A stretch of 64,000 bases of DNA from Octopus sinensis (GCF_006345805.1 NC_043003.1:35092001-35156000); one strand, 5' to 3'. Numbered from the stretch's first letter, positions 1 through 13,075 are shown. The notes: generated by a model not told the origin, from the sequence alone. Numbers and translations are program-made.

Positions 1-852
1 TCTGTTTCAACTGACTGTAGACTGAAGCTATATACGGCATATCTACAGGCTGATATGCCAGATGAACAAACTATATAGTAAACTAGGATATCAACATCAA
101 ATTCTCTCATCCTCTAAACATTAAATATATGAAAAATTTTAAACATCGTTGGTAACTGTACTCCGTAATGATCATAGTCATGCAACGGGCGTCAGTACAA
201 TGAAGCACACACACACACCAGCACATACGTACGCACACACACGCACACACACAGACACATACACATACACACAAACACGCAGAGAAACTCACACACACAC
301 ATACATTCAACACACAAAGATTTTATGATAAGATATATGAACATATTTTTCAGAGGTAGTCCAGCAAATGGGAAAATTTAAAAACAACATGTATTGGCAA
401 AAGAGCTAGGGAAACATATACAAACATGAATTAGCTACTAAGACAACATCCATTTGTCAACGTTCCTTAAATTAGCAGACAACAACTATTCGCACGCTTC
501 CTTCTAGAATTATTGATGACACGTTCTGTGCAACATCGCTTTGTGATACACACACACACATACAGACACATACACACACAAAAAGAAAGTAAAGCGCCCT
601 GTGTCTGGGAAGAGACAGGGTAAATTTGTACTAAATTCAAATGATATTTATCTATTAACGACGTTTCGTTCTATCTTCCAAAATTGGACATGATGAATAA
701 ATGAATAAAAAAGCTGCATAGTTCATCTCTTTTTTCTCTCCACTCCTCTCTTTCACACTCGTTTGAAATCATATAAATGAACCGTTTTCCGCATCCTTCG
801 TTCATATTATGCATACGCACACATACAAAATATAATATAATACAATATAGTT

Positions 853-853
853 T

Positions 854-886
<33 letters not shown>

Positions 887-962
887 TATATACATATACA
901 TATATATACATATACATATATATATATATATATAATATATATATATATACATATACATATAC

Positions 963-995
<33 letters not shown>

Positions 996-1244
996 CATAC
1001 ATATATATATATAATATGTACATGCATATGTACATACATATACACATATGCATATATTTATATATATCTAAATAAAGAAGTATTACTACCGTTATTAATG
1101 ATAATAATAAGGTAGCAAGCAAGTGGCATTTAAATACCCTACTGAATCTACATTTACCTTACATATATGTGTATGTATGTGTGTGTGTTCGTGTGTGAGT
1201 GCGTATATGTGTGTATCTCTGTGTATATATGTATATATATATAT

Positions 1245-1295
<51 letters not shown>

Positions 1296-1296
1296 A

Positions 1297-1373
<77 letters not shown>

Positions 1374-1375
1374 TG
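853..1375. repeat. Compound (TA)n/(TACA)n/(TG)n microsatellite blocks
   Basis: Directly visible; source of ORFs 671-1437. Confidence 0.95.
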
Positions 1376-3127
1376 TATGTATTCTACGAATGACGTTCAG
1401 CTACTTTTCATTTCGTCTTGATTTCAAATCCCACTGAAGTTTAACCTTGGCACTTCTCACTTTGAAATCAATGAATAATTCCAAAGTGCTTCTTTTTATA
1501 ACAATTGGATTCACTTTGCTCCTCATTTACGCCGTAATAGACCTTTGTATGCTGTTTAGACAGGTGTTGGATGTTGTATCGTAAGACGTTAACGTAGCGA
1601 ACGCGAAGTTAGGACCGAGATTCGTAAGTAAACTGTTATGAGTTCACCCCATTTTCTCTATTCGGAAAGAACATCATGAACGTCCAAAATATTTCCATTC
1701 CTAAAATCTGTTTAGACAAAAATAAACTAATATTTCACCTGCATAGTTTTATTAAGGTCTCGATCAAGCTACTCTAACGACTTGAATCAGTGATCAACAT
1801 TTCATTTCTGATACATAATATTTCTCTGTATTTCTGCATCAAATGCAAAATCCAGCAATTTTCAAAATGTCTTCCTCCCACCACCAATATATTCCAAATA
1901 TCCAATCAAAAGTAAATATTTTTGTATAAATAAAAATGTGAAATAAAAGTAAATTAAATAAATAATAATACAAATAATTGAAAAATTTATATATAATAAT
2001 TTCAGTGATAGTCACCCTAAGGTTGCAGAACTTGCATCAGTGATCATTGTGTCAGCGGGGTGCATATCATATCATTCGAGATACATTCCTGCTATAGAGC
2101 AGGCAGTGAATGTATGATATCAAGATCCGGTTCCAACTAAGATCTGTAACTCAACAAAGATATATTTCGATGCAATTTGCCCCATAGATAAAAATGATTC
2201 ATGCACAAGTAGAGACTAAGAAAAATCATATAAAAAATACAGTAGGAAGAATAATTCTGATACATTCAGAATTTGAAAGAATGTTTATATAGAAGCGGAA
2301 ATGGGAAGTCATAATATTTATGAATGCCCGCGAGCATTATTTGCATGAACGTGGGAAAATACTACACGAAATTGAAACCGGGCCGAACGTTCGTCTCACT
2401 AGATGTGTACATCTTTTCTACAAATGACATCGTATGTTCCTAATGAAAATTAATTCCTCAGATACACGATTTTACTTTAAAGAATTTTCGAATTTTCCGC
2501 GTAAGTTATAGGAAAAATAGGAATGACGTTGTTAGCTTTCATGATTCAGTGAATGACTGGGTATCAAACTCCAATCTCGAATTTGTTTCACTAGGAACTT
2601 ACCTTTTAGTTTTTGGTGCTTGCGAAAAGGATGGAGAAATTTATTTGAAAATGCAATATTGAAAATGGTATTTTCCCAATAAATGATAACATGAAAGAAA
2701 CGAAAAAAAAAAACTTCAAAATATGTAATAAATAGATACATATAAAATGGGAGAAAAATTAACGAATAAAATAGTTGATAACTTGAAAGAGAAAACAATT
2801 TTACGGAGGAAGTGAAAGTGAAAAACGAAAAAAAAAAATGTAGGGCTTGCTAGATAGACCGACACACTCATTAAAGATTTATGTACATAGGCAAGTTGTC
2901 CGTTGAATGAAGAATAACATCGCTTGCAGAATGAGATTTTTCATGCAGGAAATGAAGAAGAGTGAGAAAGAGGGAAAGAACTATAAAAAAAAAAGGATAC
3001 AAAAAGTGAAATGAAAAAGGAAGTATGACAAGTGATAGGATGATAGTAGGATGAAAGAAGGTAAAAAAAATTGGGAGAGAGATAGAGATGAAAAAAATGA
3101 TTAGTAGTGATGAAAACAGAATAGAAA

Positions 3128-3162
3128 TGATGATGATGATGATGATGATGAAGATGATGATT

Positions 3163-3206
<44 letters not shown>
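3128..3206. repeat. (GAT)n microsatellite within a ~1-kb purine-rich tract
   Basis: Directly visible. Confidence 0.95.
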
Positions 3207-3207
<1 letters not shown>

Positions 3208-3916
3208 CAAAGATATTTCAGACTGAACAAGTAAATTAGAAAACACGCAAAATATGTTTATAGATATGTTCGAAGGGAACATTGTAAAATGTAATAGGAG
3301 GGAAACAATGCAAAGGAATATAGGAATGTGACAAATGGAGAAATATTTAAGGGTTACAAATAGATTGAATGCAGAGGGAGAGTGAGGGAGAGAAAGAGAA
3401 GAAGAAGAGTAGCTATGAAAATGGGAGAAGGTAAAGACGAAGAAAGAGAAGAATACGGAAACAGGTGAGCAGAAATTTAAAAAAAAAGCATTAGATGAGT
3501 CAAAATAAAGACCAAATATAAACAGAACCAGTGACATTGGAACAAAATGATATATACATATATATATATACACAAGCATACATGCATGTGCGTCTCCGTA
3601 TGTATGTGTGTGTGTACGTCTCTGTATATGTATGTGTGTGCGCGAATGCGTAAGTGTGAGTGTGACAGTGAAGGAAAGAAATTGAAAAATAGAAAGACAA
3701 AACAGGAAATGAAGAGAGACATAAACCAATAAAACAGGAAGACAACCCAGACAAGAGATAAACTGACAAGAACTCTAATACGCAAGAAAGAGGGTAATGC
3801 AAGGGAAGATGGTAACTATTTAGAAACAATGAACTGGAATAGAATTTGAGAGAGTGAAAAATGAATTTAAAGGATTGAAAGATATGTACAAAAAAAAAAT
3901 AATAATAATGAAATAA

Positions 3917-4078
3917 GCAGGAGTGGCTGTGTGGTAAGATGCTTGCTTACCAACCACATGGTTCCGGGTTCAGTCCGATTGCGTGGCATCTTGGGCAAGT
4001 GTCTTCTGCTATAGCCCCGAGCCGACCAATGCCTTGTGAGTGAATTTGGTAGACGGAAACTGAAAGAAGCCCGTCGTA

Positions 4079-4150
<72 letters not shown>

Positions 4151-4365
4151 TGTTTGTGTGTCTGTGTTTGTCCCGCTAGCATTGCTTGACAACCGATGCT
4201 GGTGTGTTTACGTCCCCGTCACCTAGCGGTTCGGCAAAAAGAGACCGATAGAATAAGTACTGGGCTTACAAAGAATAAGTCCCGATGTCGATTTGCTCGA
4301 CTAAAGGCGGTGCTCCAGCATGGCCGCAGTCAAATGACTGAAACAAGTAAAAGAGTAAAGAGAGA
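3917..4365 (+). mobile_element. tRNA-derived SINE, family A, full-length copy (octopus-type)
   Basis: A-box-like TGGCTGTGTGG (3924-3934) and B-box-like GGTTCAGTCC (3967-3976); body colinear with the copy at 9526-9900; internal (TA)n(TG)n at about 4075-4170; 3' end GGCGGTGCTCCAGCATGGCCGCAGTCAAATGACTGAAAC followed by an A/G-rich tail. Family name not assigned. Confidence 0.9.
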
Positions 4366-5022
4366 GTAAGCAGTAGAAATGAAAATGTAAAGGAAAGGCA
4401 AACCTAAAAATCAAAAGAATGAAATAAAACTGGAGAATAATAAATAAAATAACGATAAGAGAAAAGAAATCAACAAATATAAGATGAATATTGAAAAAGT
4501 AACAAGAATAAGTGGGCAATTTTAGACTTGTCCGTGTCTATGAGTGTGTAGAAATGTCAAAGAATTTGCATAACTGTGTGACTACGAGCATACTTTTGAG
4601 TATACAAGTGCTTGTGTAGTCACATGTGTTTGTCTAAGGTGGACGTGTTTATCTGCATCGAAGCCGTCCAAGACAGGAATTCTTTGTTTATCAAAAAGAA
4701 GGCTAGTGAGAATACAGGGCAAGAAGTATAAGGCATTTTACTGTCGTTGGAGACCTGCGAAACACGGACAAAAATCAATATAGCACTGGTTTGGGATGGT
4801 ACTATGCATAGTTAACTATTTTGCTAGCTACCAGTCTTTACTCAATATGTGTGTGTGCGTGTTTGTGTGTGCGCGTGTGTGTGTGTGTGTGGTGTGTGCG
4901 TGTGTGCGTGTGTGTGTGTGTGTGCGTGTGTTTGCGTGTGTGTTTCTCAGCCTGTTCTATCTACGTACAAAATCACTTTTCTACCACATATTAAGATACA
5001 TATTTATCTTTCTCCTTTCTCT

Positions 5023-5067
<45 letters not shown>

Positions 5068-6479
5068 TTATTTCCCTTTTCCAGAGAGACGTATCGTATT
5101 GTTCTTAATCTCGTACTCACACACATATAGACATACATGCTGGATTTAAAGGGTCTCTTTGTGCCACTACCAAACAAAGAAGCCTCTTTATTGTTACTGG
5201 ATATACTGACCGCGTAGCCAAATCTCGCTTAAATCAAACACCTAAAATGTTACCAGATAATGAGATATTAGAAAAACTGAAAACAGATATGATCAAAAAT
5301 TGTAAAGATCATGGAAGAATGTCTTTCGATTTTACTTCTATTTGGTCGAACTGAATTGGGGCAAAATAACAATGACTAAGGTTGTTTTATTTTTCCCCGA
5401 GTAATATTTATAAGGTTTATTTAATGCACAGATGAATTGTAAAAGAAATTAGAAATGACACCATAACGAAAGAATATAATAATTTGTTGCTGTTATTGTT
5501 GCATTTGTGATTAAGATACAATCGGTCCTATTACTTTTTCTTTTTTTTTTTCACTATTATTATTTTAAACAGTTACTGTAAAAGATATTTAAACTAGGAA
5601 ATCGGGTGGTTTTCCGAAATATCGTGCATTTAATACTAAAACCTTGTAATACATATCATATTTTTAAGACGATGTAATTTTGTTTAAAAATAAGTTGATT
5701 GCTTTTCTAACAGTTTGAGTGACAACTTAGAGACACAGTTCCATGCTGTATGCTGATGTTCTTTACGGTATGTGATACAATGTATCGCTTGTTGGAGTGT
5801 AGTCACCTTCTCTGATTTGATGTAAATAAATTTATATACTTTCATCAGCTACCTTTCACATTCACATTTTTCCTTTTCTCTTTCCTGTCATTTACGCTTT
5901 TGAAATCACACATATATCCACCAAAGACCATTTCTATAAAATAAAACCCATAGCTCAGATTTGCAGGCGATTGAATACGTATGAGATCAAATCTTGCAAA
6001 TATCATCGACTTTGTTTTACTCTCTAGCCGTAGATAATATTATAAAAAGTCATCAACATCGTAGAGTAACAGCTGAATATAAAAAACGTTCGTCTACCAT
6101 TTTAGCTAAAACTTACAAATACACTACATGTATTGCTTACCTATCAACTGTTAGCTTTGTCTACTACTAACTGTTAACATAGTCTAGTATATTTCACCAT
6201 GTCTTCTCAAATGATTGTCGTTTTAAGAATGTTGCTTTTAGACAAATTTCTCATTGATATATTAACACATAAACCAGCATGTTCGCACATCCACACATTT
6301 ATCAAATATCACTAATCGTCTGTATTGCACCAATTTATGTAGTATAGACGATTAGTGATTCTTAAGCTTATCGCGAAAAGCCTGGTTAGAGGACCAAACT
6401 TCAGTGCTCTTTTACAGGGTTTAGAAAATCTGAAAGAAGGCTGCAATAGGTGTGTGAATCTGAGACGGGTGTATTTATT

Positions 6480-6536
6480 GTATTTTATTTTATCTAGTTT
6501 CAGCTCATGAGCTGTGGCCATGCTGGGGCACCGCCA
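6480..6536 (-). mobile_element. SINE family A-related 3'-end fragment
   Basis: Reverse complement GGCGGTGCCCCAGCATGGCCACAGCTCATGAGCTGAAACTAGATAAAATAAAA matches the family A terminus. Confidence 0.7.
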
Positions 6537-8207
6537 TATTGAATAAAATTATAATTATCTGATTGTCTTTTTTCTTTTACCCAAAGCCAGGGACTGTTCA
6601 TCAGCCCCTCGTATGTATACATATACATACATGTGAGTGTGTATATCGTGTGTGCGTGTATGTGTGTGCGTCTGTATGTGTGTGTGCGTGCGTGTGGTGT
6701 GTGTGTGTGTGTGTGTGTGTGTAGACTATAACATAAGGAGTGTGGCAAATATTTGGGAAATCTGATGAAGGAGGGGAAAAGGTTAAATAGAGAGAAAGAA
6801 TCAAGCGAGCGACTGACTATCCAACCAACAAATCAAGAAAACCAGCCGACCGACAGACCGACCATTCAACTACTTTTGAAGCCATCTTTCCATACACGAA
6901 ACGAGTCTTTGCCTGATAGTCAGTCAGTCAGCCCAACTTCAGAAATCTTCCTTTGTTGCGTTCACAGCGTTACATGCCGCTGCGTGCGTGCAACGACAAC
7001 GACAGCACCTTCCTTCTAAAACACGTACATAAGCATGCACGACCGCACACACATGTACATGCAAACGCACGCATGGATATAAGCTCGCGCACGCACGCAC
7101 GCACGCACGCACACACGCACACACACATACACTCACAGATACTCGTTCACGTATAGACGTACACATATAGCTTATAGGCTCTCAAAACTACATAAGCACA
7201 GCAGCATGCATGCAAGTAAGCACGCGTGAGCACGTTCGTATGTGCGTGCACTCACGCATTCTCGCGCCTTCGGGAATGTGCGCACGCGCGTACGTGCTGC
7301 CTACTTGTCTACGTGCCTAGTTGTGTAGGAGCACTTAGTGGCCTGTTTCTTGTGTGCGCATACGACCACGAGAGTTTACACTTGTATGACTGCGGTTTAC
7401 AAGGTTGAAATACCATGCGCTATAATAAATCTCTAAAGGCATGAGCATATGCGTGTATGTGTACGTAGATACACACACACAGTCCATACACACATATGCA
7501 TAAATGCAAACAAACACACGTATATGCATACACGCACACACAAACTGGCCATACACACACATGCATAGATGCCGACACATATAGACCATACATATACATA
7601 TTCATAAATCAACACACAAACACTCAGACCATACACATATATATGCATACATGCACACATACACAGGCCATACACACACATATGCATAAATGTGCACGCG
7701 GTCCCGCACATATGTATATTAATTTTCAATATATCAATATATTCCATTTCTTCTGAGAGAGAATGAGAAAGTGTGTGTGCAATTGCGTGTGTGTGCGCGT
7801 TTGAACGCATGCGTTTTCGTGTGGGTGTGTGCGTTTGTGTGTGTTTATATGTGTGTGCGTGTGTGTAATGCATTTACTGTATGAGCGTGTGCGTATGACA
7901 CATGCGGAACTAAAAATCTTATACAAGTTACAGATTTTGTAGTTGAAGTATATGGTGTTGTGTATTTTCCAAAGAACACACACGTAAAATAGGAAGATTC
8001 TCAAGATAATAGCGATAGGTGTGCGCGCAACATACAGTCACCATAACAACATGTCCTGTTCCATGTTGTGATAGCGCGTGTTGCTAACTTCACATATAAA
8101 TGAGAATAATTACACTCAGATACACACAAAAACAAGTACACATATAGGTAGATGTATATATATACAAACACACACATACACGCACACACGATACACACAC
8201 TCACATC

Positions 8208-8272
<65 letters not shown>

Positions 8273-8332
8273 ATACATAGTGTATGAAAGGAAAGAGAAA
8301 GGAGATTGAGAGAATTTTATGTATTCTCTATC

Positions 8333-8365
<33 letters not shown>

Positions 8366-8379
8366 CAATATATATATAT

Positions 8380-8415
<36 letters not shown>

Positions 8416-8734
8416 GTGTGTGTGTGTGTATCTATATGTAGCCTGCTTCTCTGATATGTCAGCATATAGTAAATATATAGCAACACAAACGTAAATAGAC
8501 AAGCGTCCAAATGAAATGCTCCCTTATTCGTATGTGTATATGAAGAAATACAAGATTAGATGCATATACCACCCTTGATAAGGTTCAGGTAATATTTGTG
8601 TACACATAAATAGCAAGAAAGAAAAACGGTATGCAAATGCTTACAAATGCACCTGTATACACTATATACACATAAAATGAACACTCTCTCAAGAGAACGT
8701 ATGGATGTTGAGGAGTTATTGTTTGGGCATATAG

Positions 8735-8752
8735 ATAGATATATAGATAGAT

Positions 8753-8809
<57 letters not shown>

Positions 8810-8813
8810 CTAA

Positions 8814-8849
<36 letters not shown>

Positions 8850-9198
8850 GTAGGTAGGAAGATATAGATATAAATATATATGTATATATTAATAATAATA
8901 ATAATAATATGACAACGAAAGAATGAATGAGACCTCGGCATTATGCAAATAGAGGAATTCATCTATAAATATATGTGACAATTAGTTTGTTGTAATAAAA
9001 CTCAGAGTTTCGGATGCTGGGGCTGAAGTCTGCTCCGCCATCCTATCAGTTATTAAGACAAACGAAAATGCTATAAAAAAATGACCTTTAATAAAGGGAA
9101 ATTACTCCAATAGGTGTGGGGAAAGTAAATCTTCGTTCATAGAATCTGCATATGCACACAAGTGCATATATACATACACGTACGCACACACACACACG

Positions 9199-9260
<62 letters not shown>

Positions 9261-9332
9261 CATACTCACACACGCGTGTACATATACATACAAACCCACA
9301 TATACGAGTGTAAACTCTACCTGTTGTACTTC

Positions 9333-9364
<32 letters not shown>

Positions 9365-9370
9365 GCATAC

Positions 9371-9464
<94 letters not shown>

Positions 9465-9467
9465 TAC

Positions 9468-9498
<31 letters not shown>

Positions 9499-9520
9499 GA
9501 TAGATAGATAGATAGATAGA
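8735..9520. repeat. (GATA)n array (about 8735-8860) and (TA)n/(GATA)n array (about 9200-9520)
   Basis: Directly visible; separated by a unique segment at about 8900-9150. Confidence 0.9.
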
Positions 9521-9525
9521 TATGC

Positions 9526-9900
9526 GCAGGAGTAGGTGTGTGGTGAGTAACTTGCTTGCCAACCACATGGTTCCGGGTTCAGTCCCACTGCGTGGCACCT
9601 TGTTCAAGTGTGCTCTACTATAGCCTCGGGTCGTCCAAAGCCTCGTGAGTGGATTTGGTTGACGGAAACTGAAATAAACACGTCGTATATGTGTATGTGT
9701 GTGTGTTTATATGTGTCCGTGTTTGACCCCCTTAACATCACTTGACAACCGATGGTAGTGTATTTACGTCCCCGTAAGAAGCCGAAAGCATAAGTACTAG
9801 GCTTACAAGGAATAAATCCTGGGGCCGATTTGCTCGACTAAATGCGGTGCTCCAGCCTGGCCGCACTCAAATGATTGAACCAAATAAAAGAATAAAAGAA
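9526..9900 (+). mobile_element. tRNA-derived SINE, family A, full-length copy
   Basis: Colinear with 3917-4365 from GCAGGAGT to the AATAAAAG-repeat tail; shorter internal microsatellite; lies between (TA)n/(GATA)n arrays. Confidence 0.9.
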
Positions 9901-9918
9901 TATATATATATATATATA

Positions 9919-10045
9919 TTGGCCTGCTCGCTTAGCCAGCGGGGTGGCGTCATTCGAAGGCTAAAACAATGCGAACGCATTGTGACCAGCGATGTGTAAC
10001 AACATCTGATGGTCTGGTCGGTCACGTGATGATGATGATGGTGAT
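9919..10045 (+). mobile_element. ~120-bp interspersed element embedded in (TA)n
   Basis: TTGGCCTGC...GGTCACGTGAT differs from the reverse complement of 51808-51930 by 4 substitutions and two 1-nt indels over about 112 nt; (TA)n on both sides. Confidence 0.85.
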
Positions 10046-12743
10046 ATATATATGTATATATTTCTTTTGTGTATAATTTAGTTCTTTTTATGTGTTTATG
10101 TGTTTATATAGGTCAGTAGCTTTATTGAGTGAAAAAGAGAAGAAAAATACAAAACTTTTAGCTATTTGCAGGAATGATGTCCCGTGCTTTGAATCATTCC
10201 CTTAAGCATCATACTCATAACATCATTAGATGTAGAAATACAAACGAAATTGAGGCGGGCCGAAAAACGAGGATTTATGTGTTTTTATAATTCGCAAAAA
10301 TATATTCTATTGATACAAACATAACCCTATTTGCCATGACTGATGGTATGATCGGCTAAATTCAGCGACGGATAATAATTTCTTGTTCTTACTTAAATAG
10401 ATAAGCAAATGCGTATACATTCGCGTGCGCGCGTGCGTATGTACGTGTGCATGAAATGTTATGTGTATGTGTAAGAAAGAGTCAAGGCAGAGACAGTGAA
10501 GTAATTAGATAGAAAAAAAAAGAGCGAAGGAAAGAATGGTAAGGGAGAAATGGAGATATTTTCTACCTCAATTTATAACATTGTTTTCCTTATAGAAAGC
10601 AGCATACTACTGTATTTGGAATATATTGTTATGGCTACACAAACGTGTATAATTCAATCAATATTCAGAACTACCTTTGCGTTTTCTAGTCCCCAAACAT
10701 TTACCATATGTCCATTTATATTCAATGTTTCTTATGAAAATAATAAAGAACGAAAATATAAATGGGACCTTTCCAATATTATTTTGCTTGGAGCACACTT
10801 TATTGGTAATTGTAACACAGCAATTTTCGATGCAGTTCACATTTTTTCCCTTTATACTATGATTATCTGTTTGTCTTTAACACACACATTACGTTATATA
10901 GAACTAAGGTTACAAATACTTTCTTTATCATCTGCACCCATAAGATTTTCCAACTAATGACTACTCACAACTACATCTTACCATCATATTATATACACAC
11001 GGTGACCTAGCGCACTATCTAGTCGTTAATATTGGATAATTGGGTGGGTTTCAAGTAATTGTATTTCGCCTGTCTAAAATACAGCATATATTTTCGATTC
11101 CGAATCGTCTGAAACAGTTAAGTGATTTACAGGGGACAGTTCTGTCTGCCATATCTCTCCATATCTTATATATTGCTTATTCTGTGTCCCCAGCAACACA
11201 AACTGTTGCCAGATGGTGTAGTCTTGGAGTATAAGTTAAATAATATTTCTGCAAAACATCGAGGAAATTACACATGAACCATAAATGGCGGTTAGGTTTG
11301 TGTTTCATAAATAAATTTAGAAGAATGAAGTATCCAAGTGAAGTTTGTTTCAAACAAATAACATTCTGTGCCATATGACTAGAAACATGTCCACTTGTTT
11401 CCAAATGGGAATCAGATACTTTCTTAAAAGTAACTAGCTTACAAGTTGTGTAATAAAAAGAAAATATACAAGCCAACGAATGATGCTTTGTAGGTTCAGC
11501 GTATTTGCTAAAATCAGTAACACCATGAAATCACATTTAGAAAACCGATGTTATAGACAAGATTTGAACGCCTGTGATCATGAACTTCATTGATAGGACT
11601 GTTTTGAGCCTAAACCAGAACAACAATAACATTCACTTTGTTTGTTGCTTCAATCCTCTCTCTATCTCCCACGTTAATTTTTTTTTCTTTCTCTGTCGCC
11701 CATTCAGTCTCTCTCTCTTTCTCTCTCATTTTCGTAATGTGTGTTTGCTTTTAAAAGAGCTGATTTACTAATTTATACATGCTAGCGAGTCAACTGTGCG
11801 GTAAGTGAAATAACCACACAAATCGCCACCCTATACAGTATATTGTTACTTTCCTGCATTAACAATCACTAGTATCAGCTTTAAAAATTGACTTATCTAA
11901 AGGAAATATCTATGCAACTTTTCGTACATTACATCACATTGTTATACGGCTTTCATTTACCGGCGTGCAGATATGTCAGAATAATCTCCCGAAGGGCTTT
12001 GTCAATCAAATTGATCCAACTATTTCTAAGTCAGTTGCTTATTCTTCAAATCTCTTTACTGCGAACCGCTAACTTATAGGAACGTAAATAAACTAACAAG
12101 GGTTTTCAAATTGTGAGTGATAAACACAAACACAAAGACTTGCTGCATTATTATTCATTAATGTTAAGCTGTTTGCTTAATGTGTGTCAATCAACTTTTT
12201 ATAACATTTTTTTTTACTCCAGGATTTCCAGTATTATTCATGAAAAATATAAAGCGTTTTCAACATATAAAATTAATTTCTCTTTCTTGTTGTCTATTGC
12301 TTTCTTTATATATTTCTTTCAGAAACACGTCGTTCCATGCGACAACATAAAAACGCACGGATATATAAATGCGCATATATTAAGGCAAAAGTTATGTAAA
12401 TCCACAAGATTATCAGAATCGCTCAGAATAGCATCAATCCACCACTTAATAACCGGCATTGCGTACCCCATTTCTATATATTGGAATTTGTTATTCTTAA
12501 CCACATGCATGTCATAAGTTGGATTGATCGCGCTACACGCTGCTGCATTTGATTCTGTGAATCGAAGATGGAGTAAAGGATCATGTAATAATAGAAATGT
12601 TATTTAATTCATGATTGTATGCGTAGGATTATGTTGAAGAAAGATGGAAATTTAGTGTGAGGAACGTATGCATAAAAATGTGTTTTCAAAATCCTGCATA
12701 CATATGAAAGAATGAATGAAGGTGTGTGTGTGTAAAATTCTCC

Positions 12744-12774
12744 AAGGCAGTTCCCTGCATGGTCGCAGTGTGAT

Positions 12775-12778
<4 letters not shown>
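12744..12778 (+). mobile_element. Degenerate SINE family A 3'-end fragment
   Basis: AAGGCAGTTCCCTGCATGGTCGCAGTGTGATGACT resembles AAGGCGGTGCTCCAGCATGGCCGCAGTCAAATGACT; followed by (TA)n. Confidence 0.45.
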
Positions 12779-12841
<63 letters not shown>

Positions 12842-13073
12842 TAAATACATAAGGATACAAAAAATGGCACAAGAACGCAACAGGCGACAACAAAGCATCC
12901 AGACAGTTAGATGATACAAAAAGGGACAAAAAAGAAGAAAAAGCAAGGACGGGTCATTCTTGTCTCTTCTTGCATCATCTAACTGTCTGGCTGTTTTATT
13001 TCGCCTGTTGTGCTCTTGTCCCATTTTTGCATTCTTTTTATATACATATAGCGACGTGCGTACACTTTGGTCT

Positions 13074-13075
<2 letters not shown>

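Noticed and set aside
1470-1590. Minus-strand TKVYYG resembling a Penelope GIY-YIG motif
   Set aside because: The downstream conserved Arg/His pattern is absent; too short to support.
2090-2618. Minus-strand DLSWNRI (LRR-like) and a 16-nt microexon candidate at 2603-2618
   Set aside because: The joined peptide does not fit LxxLxLxxN spacing, and the opposite strand offers an equally plausible open segment (2006-2111), indicating chance.
3917-3990. tRNA gene
   Set aside because: A and B boxes belong to SINE heads; no cloverleaf or acceptor stem, and the sequence continues into SINE body.
12518-12575. GLIALHAAAFDSVNRRW resembling an RT KAFDSV motif or an ankyrin TALH motif
   Set aside because: Isolated short match with a stop immediately upstream and no flanking RT or ankyrin motifs.
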